Source: Bacteroides sp.
GTDB taxonomy: Bacteria; Bacteroidota; Bacteroidia; Bacteroidales; Bacteroidaceae
Reading direction: 5' to 3'
DNA: 64,000 nt
Assembly: GCA_021203515.1 (NCBI GenBank)
Contig: JAJQAY010000083.1
Coordinates: 3,665-67,664, forward strand
Positions 8,256-18,800 of the stretch are shown here, in pieces. Below the pieces are notes generated by a model. That model made no database searches. It had not been told where the DNA came from and saw nothing but the letters and a program-made list of their open reading frames with translations. The translations under genes were made by a program, and so were the position numbers. Every line of letters begins with the position of its first letter. The stretch's first letter is position 1.

Positions 8256-9692
8256 TTACAACTCTATATCGTAGAGTTTGAGCTTGTTGTACAGCGTTTT
8301 CCGGTCGATACCCAGTAATTGTGCAGCACGGCTTTTGTTGTGTCCGGTCTGTTTCAGTGCCTCGATGATTTGCTGCTTCTCCGTTTCCTCATTGCGGAGG
8401 GGCATGCCTGTGTGTACGGGGGCTTGCGCTTGCAGTTCGCTGAGTTCGTCCAGCGTGATAAGTTTGTCCTGAGCCAGCAGGGTGGCGCGTCGGATGATGT
8501 TCTTCATCTGGCGCAGGTTGCCGGGCCATTGGTACTCCAGCAAAGCCCGGGATGCTTTCTCATCAAAGCCGATGAGATGTTTGTCCAGTTCGCGGTTTGC
8601 CTGGTCGAGGAAGAAGTTGGCGAAGAGAAGAATGTCCTCGCGACGGTCTTTCAACTGCGGCATACGCAGGGTGAACTCGTTGATGCGGTGGTAAAGGTCT
8701 TCGCGGAACGCACCTTTTTCGATGGCTTGCTCCAGATTTTCGTTGGTGGCGGATACTAACCGCACATCCACCTGTATCTCTTTGGTAGAACCTACAGGGC
8801 GTATCATCCGCTCCTGCAGGGCACGAAGCAACTGTATCTGCACCTCGTAGCTGAGGTTTCCTATTTCATCCAGAAAGATAGTACCGCCGTTGGCAGCTAC
8901 GAATGCGCCTGTCTTGTCGGTCAGCGCACCCGTAAAAGCACCTTTCACATGACCGAAAAACTCGGAAGCCGCCAGTTCCTTGGGAACGGAACCGCAGTCG
9001 ATGGTAACGAACGGCTGCCCCGCACGACGGCTGAGTTGATGGATGCGATGGGCGACATATTCCTTACCAGTTCCGCTGGCTCCGTTGATGAGCACGGACA
9101 TGTTGGTAGTGGAAACAAGTTTTACATAATTATAAAGCTGCTTGGCGGCGTCGCTCTCTCCTTCGAGGAAATCGGATGAAGGGGATGTGTCTTCTGTGAC
9201 CTTCTGAACTGGATTTTCTTTACTCCCGGAATGCATCATCTGTTTGGGTGAAACGGATGGTCTGTTTGGGGCAGACGCATCATCTGTTTGGGGCGAATGC
9301 ATCATCTGTTTCGATGCTGCGGATGATGTGTTCAACGTCTCAGTCATTTTCTTCAACAACTCATCCGGGTTCACCGGCTTGGCAATGTAATCGCGGGCGC
9401 CCAACTTCATGGCTTGCACGGCAGACTGTATGTCGGCATATCCAGTCATCATGATGAGCGGAATGGACAGGTTTTGCTCTCCCAGCCATTTCAGCAAGTC
9501 GATGCCGTCGCGGTCGGGCAGACGCAAGTCGGACAATATCAAATTTACGTTTTCCGTCTCGATATGTTTCTGCGCACGGGCAATGCTGCTAACGGAACTG
9601 ACCTGGAAACCTTTTTTACCAAGCCACGTTTTTAGCATCATACCATAAGTAATGTCATCTTCTACGATTAATATAGATTTCATTGCCGTCAC
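8256..9692 (-). CDS. Sigma-54-dependent Fis-family response regulator (NtrC/AtoC type), orphan
   Basis: REC domain (ILIVEDD...LILSDLRLPDRDG), AAA+ Walker A GASGTGKE, GAFTGA loop, C-terminal HTH NKSRAAQLLGIDRKTLYNKLK. No adjacent histidine kinase. Confidence 0.92.
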   Translation of the reverse strand: MTAMKSILIVEDDITYGMMLKTWLGKKGFQVSSVSSIARAQKHIETENVNLILSDLRLPDRDGIDLLKWLGEQNLSIPLIMMTGYADIQSAVQAMKLGARDYIAKPVNPDELLKKMTETLNTSSAASKQMMHSPQTDDASAPNRPSVSPKQMMHSGSKENPVQKVTEDTSPSSDFLEGESDAAKQLYNYVKLVSTTNMSVLINGASGTGKEYVAHRIHQLSRRAGQPFVTIDCGSVPKELAASEFFGHVKGAFTGALTDKTGAFVAANGGTIFLDEIGNLSYEVQIQLLRALQERMIRPVGSTKEIQVDVRLVSATNENLEQAIEKGAFREDLYHRINEFTLRMPQLKDRREDILLFANFFLDQANRELDKHLIGFDEKASRALLEYQWPGNLRQMKNIIRRATLLAQDKLITLDELSELQAQAPVHTGMPLRNEETEKQQIIEALKQTGHNKSRAAQLLGIDRKTLYNKLKLYDIEL

Positions 9693-9740
9693 TTTAGTGT
9701 CTTTTGTGAGACAAAGGTAAGCGGTTTTATCCGATTTTAG

Positions 9741-9748
9741 TATATTTG
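9741..9748 (+). promoter_or_regulatory. -7 box TATATTTG for the PPIase gene
   Basis: TAnnTTTG match 28 nt upstream of the ATG at 9776. Confidence 0.45.
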
Positions 9749-9775
9749 CAAACTTAAATTAAACAAAAAAGCAAG

Positions 9776-10614
9776 ATGAAAAGGAATTTAATTGTATTAT
9801 TAACTATACTGGCTTGCGGCCTGACGGCTTGCAAATCGGGACAAAAAAGAGACGGAGATATGGAAAAAGAAACGAAGTTGAAGATTGAAACCAGTGCGGG
9901 TGACATCATCGTGAAACTGTATAACGAGATACCGAAGCATCGTGATAACTTTATTAAGCTGGCAGAAAAGGGTACGTATGAAGGTACGCTGTTTCACCGC
10001 GTCATCAAGGATTTTATGATACAGGCAGGCGACCCCGAGTCGAAGAATGCTCCGAAGGGCAAGATGCTGGGGCGGGCGATGTGGGCTATACCATCCCTGC
10101 TGAATTTGTCTATCCGAAATACTTCCATAAGAAAGGTGTGTTGTCGGCTGCGCGTCAGGGAGACAATGTAAATCCGGAGAAGGCGTCGTCCGGCTGCCAG
10201 TTCTACATTGTTACCGGAAAGGTGTACAACGACTCCACGCTGCTGGGTATGGAGCAGCAATTAAACCAGTCGCGTCTGAACAATGCTTTCAATGCGTTGG
10301 CACAGAAGCACATGAAGGAAATTTATAAGATGCGTAAGGACGGCGACCAGGATGGGCTGATGAACTTGCAGGACTCGCTGATTGCACAGGCTGAGGCGCA
10401 AGTTGCCAATGAGCCGGAGTTCCGTTTCACGCCGGAGCAGGTGAAGGCTTATACCACCGTAGGCGGCACGCCGCATCTGGATGGGGAATATACCGTGTTC
10501 GGTGAAGTGCTGGAAGGCATGGATGTGGTCGACAAGATACAGAAGGTGAAGACCGATGGCAACGACCGTCCCGAGGAAGACGTGAAGATAATTAAGGTCA
10601 AAGTCTTAGACTAA
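9776..10614 (+). pseudogene. Cyclophilin-type peptidyl-prolyl isomerase lipoprotein, split by a 1-nt frameshift
   Basis: ORFs 9776-10171 (FHRVIKDFMIQAGDP) and 10081-10614 (YTVFGEVLEGMDVVDKI) are halves of one cyclophilin. The frame changes in the G-run at 10069-10072 (expected ...KMLGAGDVGYTIPAEF). Confidence 0.85.
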
Positions 10615-10616
10615 CT

Positions 10617-10693
10617 GTCATTCAGAGCGAAGCGAAGAATCTACTCCCTGCATTTATCAAGGAGAATAGATTCTTCGCTTCGCTCTGAATGAC
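10617..10693. repeat. Perfect 27-bp inverted repeat hairpin (GTCATTCAGAGCGAAGCGAAGAATCTA)
   Basis: Arms are 10617-10643 and 10667-10693, exact reverse complements. The loop has an additional CTCC/GGAG pairing. No T-run follows. Confidence 0.9.
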
Positions 10694-10710
10694 GGACACT
10701 CCGATTGGAT

Positions 10711-11971
10711 ATGAAGATAAATAAATTAACCCTGAGCAACGGTTTGCGGCTAGTGCACAACGAAGACACCAGCACGCAAATGGTGGCATTGAATATAGTC
10801 TATGACGTCGGTGCATGCGACGAACATCCCGAGCATACCGGCTTTGCCCATCTGTTCGAGCATCTGATGTTCGGCGGTTCGGTGCATATCCCCGATTATG
10901 ACACTCCTTTGCAACTGGCAGGAGGAGAGAACAATGCGTGGACGAATAATGATATAACCAATTATTATCTGACAGTGCCGAAGCCGAATGTGGAAACCGG
11001 CTTCTGGTTGGAGTCCGACCGTATGCTGGAACTGGCGTTCGACGAACAAAGCCTCGAAGTGCAGCGCGGGGTCGTCATGGAGGAGTTCAAGCAGCGTTGC
11101 CTGAACCAACCTTACGGTGACGTGGGGCATTTGCTTCGCCCGCTTGCCTATCAGGTGCATCCCTATCGTTGGCCCACTATCGGAAAGGAACTGTCGCACA
11201 TCGAGCAGGCAACGCTGGACGAGGTGAAGGACTTCTTCTTTAGCCACTATGCGCCCAACAATGCCGTGCTTGCTGTCACCGGAAACATTTCGTGGGAAGA
11301 AACGATCAGGCTGACCGAGAAGTGGTTTGCACCTATTCCCCGCAGGGATGTTCCCCGCAAGGCGGTTGCCGCAAGAACCGGAGCAGACGGCGGAACGGCG
11401 GTTGGAGGTGGAACGCAATGTTCCGTTGGATGCCTTGTTTATGGCTTACCACATGTGCAATCGCGAGGATGCCGATTATTATGCGTTCGATATCCTGTCG
11501 GATGTACTGAGTAACGGACGTTCCAGTAGGTTAAGCCGTCGGTTGGTGTAGGAGCAGAAGGTCTTTTCCAGTATCGATGCCTACGTCAGCGGTACGCGCG
11601 ATGCCGGATTGCTGCATGTCAGCGGTAAGCCGGCGGCAGGTGTGTCGTTGGAGCAGGCGGAGAGTGCTGTCCGCCGGGAATTGGAGGAATTGCGGCAGTC
11701 GCTTGTGGGTGAACAAGAACTGGAGAAAGTGAAGAATAAATTCGAGTCCACTCAAATATTCGGCAATATCAATTACTTGAATGTAGCTACCAACCTCGCC
11801 TGGTTCGAACTGACGGGACAGGCTGAGGATATCGACCTCGAAGTGGAACGTTATCGGGCGGTGACGGCGGAGCAGTTGCAGGCGGTGGCGCAGCAGGCGC
11901 TCCGGGAGGAGAATGGGGTGGTGTTGTATTATAAGAAGTTGAAAGTTGAAAGTTGCTATGCAGTGTCATAG
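10711..11971 (+). pseudogene. M16 family zinc peptidase, disrupted by one frameshift and one in-frame TAG
   Basis: HxxEH motif HTGFAHLFEHLMF. The frame shifts at the C-run 11353-11356. An in-frame TAG at 11549-11551 (RRLV*EQKVF) sits where Gln is expected. The last 12 codons and the stop lie inside a hairpin element. Confidence 0.85.
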
Positions 11972-12010
11972 CGCAGCTTAATTTTCAATTTTCAACTTTC
12001 AACTTTCAAC
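11937..12010. repeat. REP-like hairpin element (AGTTGAA heptad class) overlapping the M16 gene 3' end
   Basis: AGTTGAAAGTTGAAAGTTGCTATGCAGTGTCATAGCGCAGCTTAATTTTCAATTTTCAACTTTCAACTTTCAAC. The loop is related to the 7769-7862 element in the opposite orientation. Confidence 0.9.
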
Positions 12011-12021
12011 TCTTTAGAATT

Positions 12022-13355
12022 ATGAGTAACTCTTTCAAACATACGGTAGACATTACAAGCCCTGTTTCTTTTAGGGCTTCCCATCGTCATAGGTCAGCTT
12101 GGCGTCATTATCCTCGGCTTTGCAGATACCCTAATGATAGGGCATCATAGCACTGCCGAGCTTGGTGCGGCATCTTTCGTAAATAATCTGTTTACCCTTT
12201 GCATCATATTCAGCACAGGCTTCAGCTACAGACTGACACCTATCGTGGGCAGTCTTTACGGCAACCGCCGCTTTGCCGAAGCGGGGCAGGCGTTGCGGTG
12301 CAGTCTGGTGGCGAATGTGCTCGTAGCTCTGCTCCTGACGCTAATCATGGGCATTGTTTACTTCTTCGTAGAACACTTGGGGCAGCCGAAAGAACTGATC
12401 CCGCTGATAAAGCCCTACTTCCTCGTACTCTTGGCTTCGCTCGTGTTCGTCATGCTGTTCAACGGTTTCAAGCAATTCACGGACGGCATCACCGATACCC
12501 AAACCGCTATGTGGATTTTGCTCGGAGGAACGCACTTAACATCGTAGGAAACTATATTCTCATCAACGGAAAACTGGGACTTCCCGAGATGGGACTGCTC
12601 GGTGCGGGTGTCAGTACACTGTTTTCACGCATCGTTATGGTGATTGTCTTTGCGATGATTGTGCTGCGCAGTCGCCGTTTCTTGCGTTACCGGGTAGGCT
12701 TTTCCCGTATGGGCTGGTCATCTGCTCTGTTCGGGCGACTCAATTCCTTAGGCTGGCCCGTCGGGTTACAGATGGGAATGGAGACTGCATCGTTCAGTCT
12801 CAGCACGATTATGGTGGGCTGGCTAGGCACTCTCGCGTTGGCGTCCCACCAGATTATGCTGACTATCTCCCAATTCACCTTTATGATGTTCTATGGCATG
12901 GGAGCGGCAGTAGCCGTGCGTGTCAGTAACTTCAAGGGGCAGGGCGACCGGGAGAATGTGCGCCGTTCGGCTTACGCAGGTTTTCATCTGATACTGGCGA
13001 TGGAAGTGGTGTTGCTGAGCATCGTCTTTGCCCTGCGCGGCCAGGTGGGCGGATGGTTTACGGACAGCGCGGAAGTTTCCGGCATGGTAGCCGCCCTGTT
13101 TTTCCTTTCCTTATATACCAGTTCGGCGACGGGTTGCGAATCAACTTTGCCAATGCCCTGCGCGGTATCTCCGATGTAAATCCGATGATGATAATCGCCT
13201 TCATATCCTATTTTGTTATATCTTTGCCCGTAGGATACTTCTGTGGCTTCGTGATGGGTTGGGGCTTGACGGGCGTCTGGATGGCTTCCCCTTTCGGACT
13301 GACAAGTGCCGGACTGATGCTGTGGTTGCGGTTCAGATATAAGACTAAAGGATAA
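12022..13355 (+). pseudogene. MATE family efflux transporter, at least 3 frameshifts
   Basis: Fragments 12022-12150, 12134-12547, 12199-13179 and 13053-13355 concatenate into one MATE protein (LPIVIGQLGVIILGFADTLMIGHHS ... ANALRGISDV). Shifts are near 12040-12060, 12525-12533 (AA/AAA) and 13099-13106. Confidence 0.85.
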
Positions 13356-13368
13356 AAACGATAGACTA

Positions 13369-15681
13369 GTGAACAACGTCTCCAAACTAAAGATAGCCGT
13401 CGGCTTCACCTTGTTGCTGGCAGCCTTATTCTTTTCCCTGTTCTTCGTGCACCGGGAAATGGAGAACCTTATGCAGTCCGACGACCTGGATGTGCAGTGG
13501 ACGGACAGCCTAATTTCCCTTCTTCGCGAGAAAGACACCAACACCATCAACATGCTGCGTACACTGAGCGAAGCGAACGACACGATGGTGTCCACCCGCG
13601 AACTGGAGAACATCATTGCCGCCCAGCCGGATACGATTGTTCCACGGAAGCGTGTTCAGCACCGTGTAATCGAGCATCGCGATACGGTAGTAACCAAGCC
13701 CCGAAAGCGCGGCTTCTTCCGCCGCCTGGGCGAAGTCTTTGTTCCCCCGAAGAAAGACACCGCCATTCAGGTGACTACCTCCCTTGAGTTTGTCACGGAT
13801 ACGGTGATTGATCCGTATAATCCGGTAGACTCCATGCAAGAAAAGCTGCGTGCTGTGGCGCAACAGAAGAAGAGCAATACCGTGGTGCAACGTCGCAAGC
13901 GTACCACGCTGCAACGCATGGACCAACTGCTGACTGCCCGCATCGACAGCCTGCTGAAAGGCTATGAACAGGAGACGTTGCAACACGCCCGAGAAGAAGC
14001 CGAGTATCAGCAGTCCGTGCGCCATCGCTCCATCCGCATCATCAGCGGCATTGCCGTGGGCGCCGTATTGCTTTCCGCTCTGTTCCTCCTGCTTATCGGA
14101 CGCGATATAGCCCGTAGCAACCGCTATCGGCGCCAATTGGAAGAAGCCCGCCGCCGTGCCGAAGACCTGCTTGCCACGCGCGAGAAGCTAATGCTCGCCA
14201 TCACCCATGACTTCAAAGCACCGCTCGGCTCCATCATGGGTTGTGCCGACCTGCTCTCCCGCCTGACGGTGGACGAACGGCAACGTTTCTATCTGGATAA
14301 TATGAAGACCTCTTCGGAACACCTGCTGAAGCTCGTCGTCGACCTGCTAGATTTCCACCGACTCGACCTCCATAAGGCAGAAGTGAACCGCGTCACCTTC
14401 CATCCCTCGCGCTTGCTAGAAGAAATCTACGTCAGCTTCGAACCGCTTACTTCCGCCAAAGGACTGGCATTGCATTGCAACATCGCCCCCGAACTGAGCG
14501 ATACCTTTATTTGTGACCCGTTACGTCTGCGGCAGATTATCAACAACCTGCTGTCCAATGCCGTGAAGTTCACCGCCGAAGGCAGCATTACGCTGACGGC
14601 ACGCTATGAAGACCGCCATCTCCTCGTCTCGATAGCCGACACCGGCAAGGGTATGGAACCTGCCGACCGCGAACGCATCTTCCAAGAGTTCACCCGCCTG
14701 CCGGGGGCGCAGGGCGAAGAAGGTTTCGGCTTGGGACTCTCCATCGTCCGCATGTTGGTGCAACTGCTCGAAGGTACTATCGAGGTGGAAAGTGAACCAG
14801 GGAAGGGTAGTACCTTCACTGTCCGCATCCCCATCTACCCCGTAAGAGAGTTGAAAGTTGAAAGTGGAAAGTTGAAAGTTACGATGCCGGAGGGTGCCGT
14901 TGCAGATGCTAATGACCGCTTTCAACTTTCAACTTTCAACTTTCAACTAAATAAGGTTCTTCTCATCGACGATGACCGCATCCAACTGACGCTGACCTCC
15001 GCCATGCTCTCGCAGAGCGGTATCACTTCCGTCTGCTGCCTGCAAATGGATGAACTGCTGGACGCCCTGCGCACCGACACTTTCGATGTGCTCCTCACCG
15101 ACGTGCAAATGCCCGCTATCAACGGCTTCGACCTCTTGAAGCTGCTTCGTGCCTCCAATATCCCCCAAGCGCAGACTATTCCGGTGATAGCCGTTACCGC
15201 CCGCAGCGACATGAAGCCCGAAGAGTTCGTGGCACATGGTTTCTCCGGTTGCCTCCACAAGCCCTTTACGGTGGCCGAACTGCTTGGAGAGTTGAATGTG
15301 GAAAGTGAAGAACTGAAGGTTGCTATGCAGGAAGATGCCGTTGCGGATGCCAAACCTTCAACTCTCAACTTCTCCGCCCTCACCGCCTTCTCCGGCGACG
15401 ACGCAGAAGCCGCCCGTTCTATTCTTGAAAGCTTCGTTTCCGAAACCCGCCTGAATGCCGACCGTCTGCGGCAGGCTATGGAAACTGAAGACGCGGAAGG
15501 CGTGGCAGCCGTTGCCCACAAAATGATTCCTCTTTTTACGTTGATTGGCGCCCCAGAACTCGTCGCCCTGTTGCGGACACTCGAATCGCAGCGCGGTGCG
15601 GCATTTACGGAAGCGATAAAGGAGACTGCACTTTCATCTCTGGCTTTAATAACGGATGTGGTAAATCAAGCTATTCCATGA
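13369..15681 (+). CDS. Hybrid sensor histidine kinase/response regulator (HisKA-HATPase-REC-Hpt)
   Basis: H-box ITHDFKAPL, N-box LLSNAVKFT, G-boxes DTGKGM and GFGLGLSIV, REC VLLIDDD...LLTDVQMPAINGF, Hpt AHKMIP. GTG start. Confidence 0.92.
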   Translation: MNNVSKLKIAVGFTLLLAALFFSLFFVHREMENLMQSDDLDVQWTDSLISLLREKDTNTINMLRTLSEANDTMVSTRELENIIAAQPDTIVPRKRVQHRVIEHRDTVVTKPRKRGFFRRLGEVFVPPKKDTAIQVTTSLEFVTDTVIDPYNPVDSMQEKLRAVAQQKKSNTVVQRRKRTTLQRMDQLLTARIDSLLKGYEQETLQHAREEAEYQQSVRHRSIRIISGIAVGAVLLSALFLLLIGRDIARSNRYRRQLEEARRRAEDLLATREKLMLAITHDFKAPLGSIMGCADLLSRLTVDERQRFYLDNMKTSSEHLLKLVVDLLDFHRLDLHKAEVNRVTFHPSRLLEEIYVSFEPLTSAKGLALHCNIAPELSDTFICDPLRLRQIINNLLSNAVKFTAEGSITLTARYEDRHLLVSIADTGKGMEPADRERIFQEFTRLPGAQGEEGFGLGLSIVRMLVQLLEGTIEVESEPGKGSTFTVRIPIYPVRELKVESGKLKVTMPEGAVADANDRFQLSTFNFQLNKVLLIDDDRIQLTLTSAMLSQSGITSVCCLQMDELLDALRTDTFDVLLTDVQMPAINGFDLLKLLRASNIPQAQTIPVIAVTARSDMKPEEFVAHGFSGCLHKPFTVAELLGELNVESEELKVAMQEDAVADAKPSTLNFSALTAFSGDDAEAARSILESFVSETRLNADRLRQAMETEDAEGVAAVAHKMIPLFTLIGAPELVALLRTLESQRGAAFTEAIKETALSSLALITDVVNQAIP
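14848..14948. repeat. Hairpin element (AGTTGAA class) inserted in frame in the kinase HATPase-REC linker
   Basis: GAGTTGAAAGTTGAAAGTgGAAAGTTGAAAGTT...CTTTCAACTTTCAACTTTCAACTTTCAACT, translated ELKVESGKLKVTMPEGAVADANDRFQLSTFNFQL. Confidence 0.9.
15289..15372. repeat. Degenerate second hairpin element in frame in the kinase REC-Hpt linker
   Basis: GAGTTGAATGTGGAAAGTGAAGAACTGAAGGTTGCTATGCAGGAAGATGCCGTTGCGGATGCC...CCTTCAACTCTCAACTTC, translated ELNVESEELKVAMQEDAVADAKPSTLNF. The loop is homologous to the 14848-14948 copy. Confidence 0.8.
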
Positions 15682-15834
15682 GGACGTGCTGAGTCGTGTA
15701 CCCCGACATGGTAAGGTCGGCTGAGATTGTAGGGTAAATGTTTCTCTTCTATTAATTTCAGTCCGAAGGAACTATTTCTCAAAATAAATTGTTTATTTTG
15801 TAACCTCTTTTAATAAGATGATAGACAAAGCTCC

Positions 15835-18800
15835 ATGAGAAGAAAATGGTTAAGAAGAGTAGTTTGGATACTACTGACTCCTATATTCTTGTTTATATTA
15901 CTGATGATATTGCTCTATGTGTCTCCTGTGCAGAACCTTCTGCGGAAGCAAGTGACGGCAATGGCATCGGAAGCCACCGGTATGGATATTTCGGTGGAGC
16001 GTATCGACCTGCGTTTCCCGCTGAACCTGCTGGTGCGTGGTGTGTTGGTGGTGCAGCAACCGGACACATTGCTGAACCTCGAAAGCCTGAACGTGCATGT
16101 GCAGGCCTGGCCTTTGCTGAAAGGTAAAGTCGAGGTAGACGACATCACTATCAAGAACGTAGCCGTCAACTCCGCCGGACTGATGGACGGTATGCAGATA
16201 AAGGGCGTGCTGGGACAATTCTTTCTGGAAAGCCACGGCATCGACCTGGGCAAGGAAGATGCCGTACTGAACCGGGTGGAACTGAGCGATACCCACCTGC
16301 AAGTGCTGCTGGCAGATACCACAGAAAGCCCGAAAGATACCACCGAGACAGCTTTGAACTGGAAAGTAACCCTCCACACGCTGGGCTTGAAGAACGTGTC
16401 GGTAGACTTGAAAATGCCGCTTGACTCCTTGTCTCTGTCCACCCGCATCGGAGACGCCGGTTTGGAAGATGTCAATGCCGACCTGGGTCGTCAATGTTAT
16501 GGTTGGAGGAAATTTACACTTACCGGCACTACCGTAAACTATGACACCGGCATGGCTCCTCCTGCCGAAGGATTTGATGCCTCGCACATTGCCCTGCGCG
16601 ATATTCGCATCGATATCGACTCCGTGATGACCTGCGGGCGCAACATGTCGGCCGTCATCCGTGAGTTCTCCATGAGCGACCGCTCCGGACTGAGTATCAC
16701 TTCGTTGACCGGACGCCTCTCGGCCGACTCCACCGTTATCCGCATTCCCTATCTGCAACTGCTGACGCCACATAGTCAGGTGGACCTGACCGCGCAAACC
16801 TATTGGGAATTGGTGGACATTCCCACCACCGGACGCCTCTCGGCACGGCTCAATGCCCTTATCGGCAAGCAGGATGTGCTGCTTTTTGCCGGCGGACTGC
16901 CCGAAAGTTTTAAAGAAGCCTATCCCTTCCGCCCGCTGGTCATCCGTGCCGGCACGGAAGGAAACTTGAAACAGATGCAGATTTCCCGCTTCACCGCCGA
17001 CCTGCCCGGTGCTTTCTCTTTGAGTGGCGGTGGCGAGCTTTGGAGCCTTACGGATAGCTTGAAACGCGGTGCTCAACTCGACTTCGAGATGCAAACCCAA
17101 GACTTGAACTTCCTTACAGGACTGACGGGAGATAAGCCCGACGGTTCCATCGTTGTGCCCGATAGCATGAACCTGGCAGCACGCCTCGGTTTGGATGGTT
17201 CTCAGTGCACGGCAACCTTGAAATTAGAAGAAGGGAAGGGTACGCTTCACCTGGATGCCGCCTACAATCTTTCCACAGAGGCCTATCATGCCAATCTGGG
17301 TATCGATGCTTTGCAGCTTCATCATTTTTTGCCCAAAGACTCACTCTATACACTCACAGCGAACATAGCCGCCAAGGGAAAGGGAACAGACATCGCCTCC
17401 CACCTGACGGTGGCCGATGTAGAAGCCCGGCTGAAGGAATTGCAATACGGCCGGTGGAACGTGTCGGGCGTGAATATGGATGCCGGACTGAGGGCGTCCG
17501 TAACCTCCCTGAAGTTGACAAGTGACAATGGTTTATTAAAAATGCAATCGACGGCCGACTTGCGTCTCGACCGGAAATACATGGATGGCAAGTTGGATAT
17601 GAATGTCGAACAGGTGGATTTGCATAAATTGGGGATGGCTCCCAAACCTCTGCAACATCCGTTTGCTTTCCGCCTGGGAGCGGAAGCACGGCGGGACTCT
17701 ATTAAACTGAAACTGGATGCCGGAGACATGGATTTGCAGTTTCGTGCCCGCAGCACGTTGAAGAAGTTGTTGGAGCAGTCGGACGAGTTCATGGCAATCC
17801 TGACGAAGCAGTTGGAAGACCGTCGTTTGGACCACGCAGCTCTGCGCCGCGTGTTGCCGTCGGCCACAATGAAGCTGACGGCAGGACGGGCTAATCCGGT
17901 CAGCTACTTCCTGCAAACCAAAGACGTGTCGTTTCAGGACTTCAACCTTCGCTTCGGCTTTACTCCGAGGCGGGGCATCAATGGGCGTACTGCCATTCAC
18001 GGATTGCACGTAGACTCACTGCAACTCGATACGATTTTCTTTGCCATCAAGCAGGATACTGCCCGCATGGTGCTGCAGGGTGGCGTCATCAACGGACCGA
18101 AGAACCCGCAATTCGTCTTTCGCAGTACGCTTACGGGCGAAATCCATAACGAAGATGCCGAATTGACCGTAGACTATGTGGACGGTAAAGGCAAGACCGG
18201 TATTCTGTTCGGTGTCAACGCCCGTCCGCTGGTTGAGGGACGTAACAGCAGAGGTAACGGCATCTTGCTTAACCTGACGCCTGCCGAACCGATTATTGCT
18301 TATCGTAAATTCCGCTTCGTTGACAAAAGCAATTGGATTTATCTGCATAAGAACATGCGTGTATATGCCAATATCGATATGGATGGTGGCGATGGCCTGT
18401 GTTTCCGCATGCAGTCCGACCGGAGTGACAGCATTTCACTACAAAACATGAATGTGGAACTGAGCCGTTTCCGGTTGGGCGAGTTGAGTGACGTTCTTCC
18501 GTATATGCCTCGGTTGAGCGGGCTCTTCTCTGCTGAGGCGCAATATATTCAGACGCCTACTTCTTTGCAGGTTTCTGCCGAAGCCAATATCGATAAGTTA
18601 ACCTACGAGCGCCAGCCCGTAGGAAATATCGGTCTGGGTGCCACGTGGCTGCCCGGCGATAAGGAAAAACATTATCTGAATACGTACTTCAGTTATGATA
18701 AACAGGAAGTGATGACTGCCGACGGTGTACTGATGCAAACGAATGGTAAGGACTCACTGGATATAACCACCACTCTCGAACATTTCCCGATGAAGATTGC

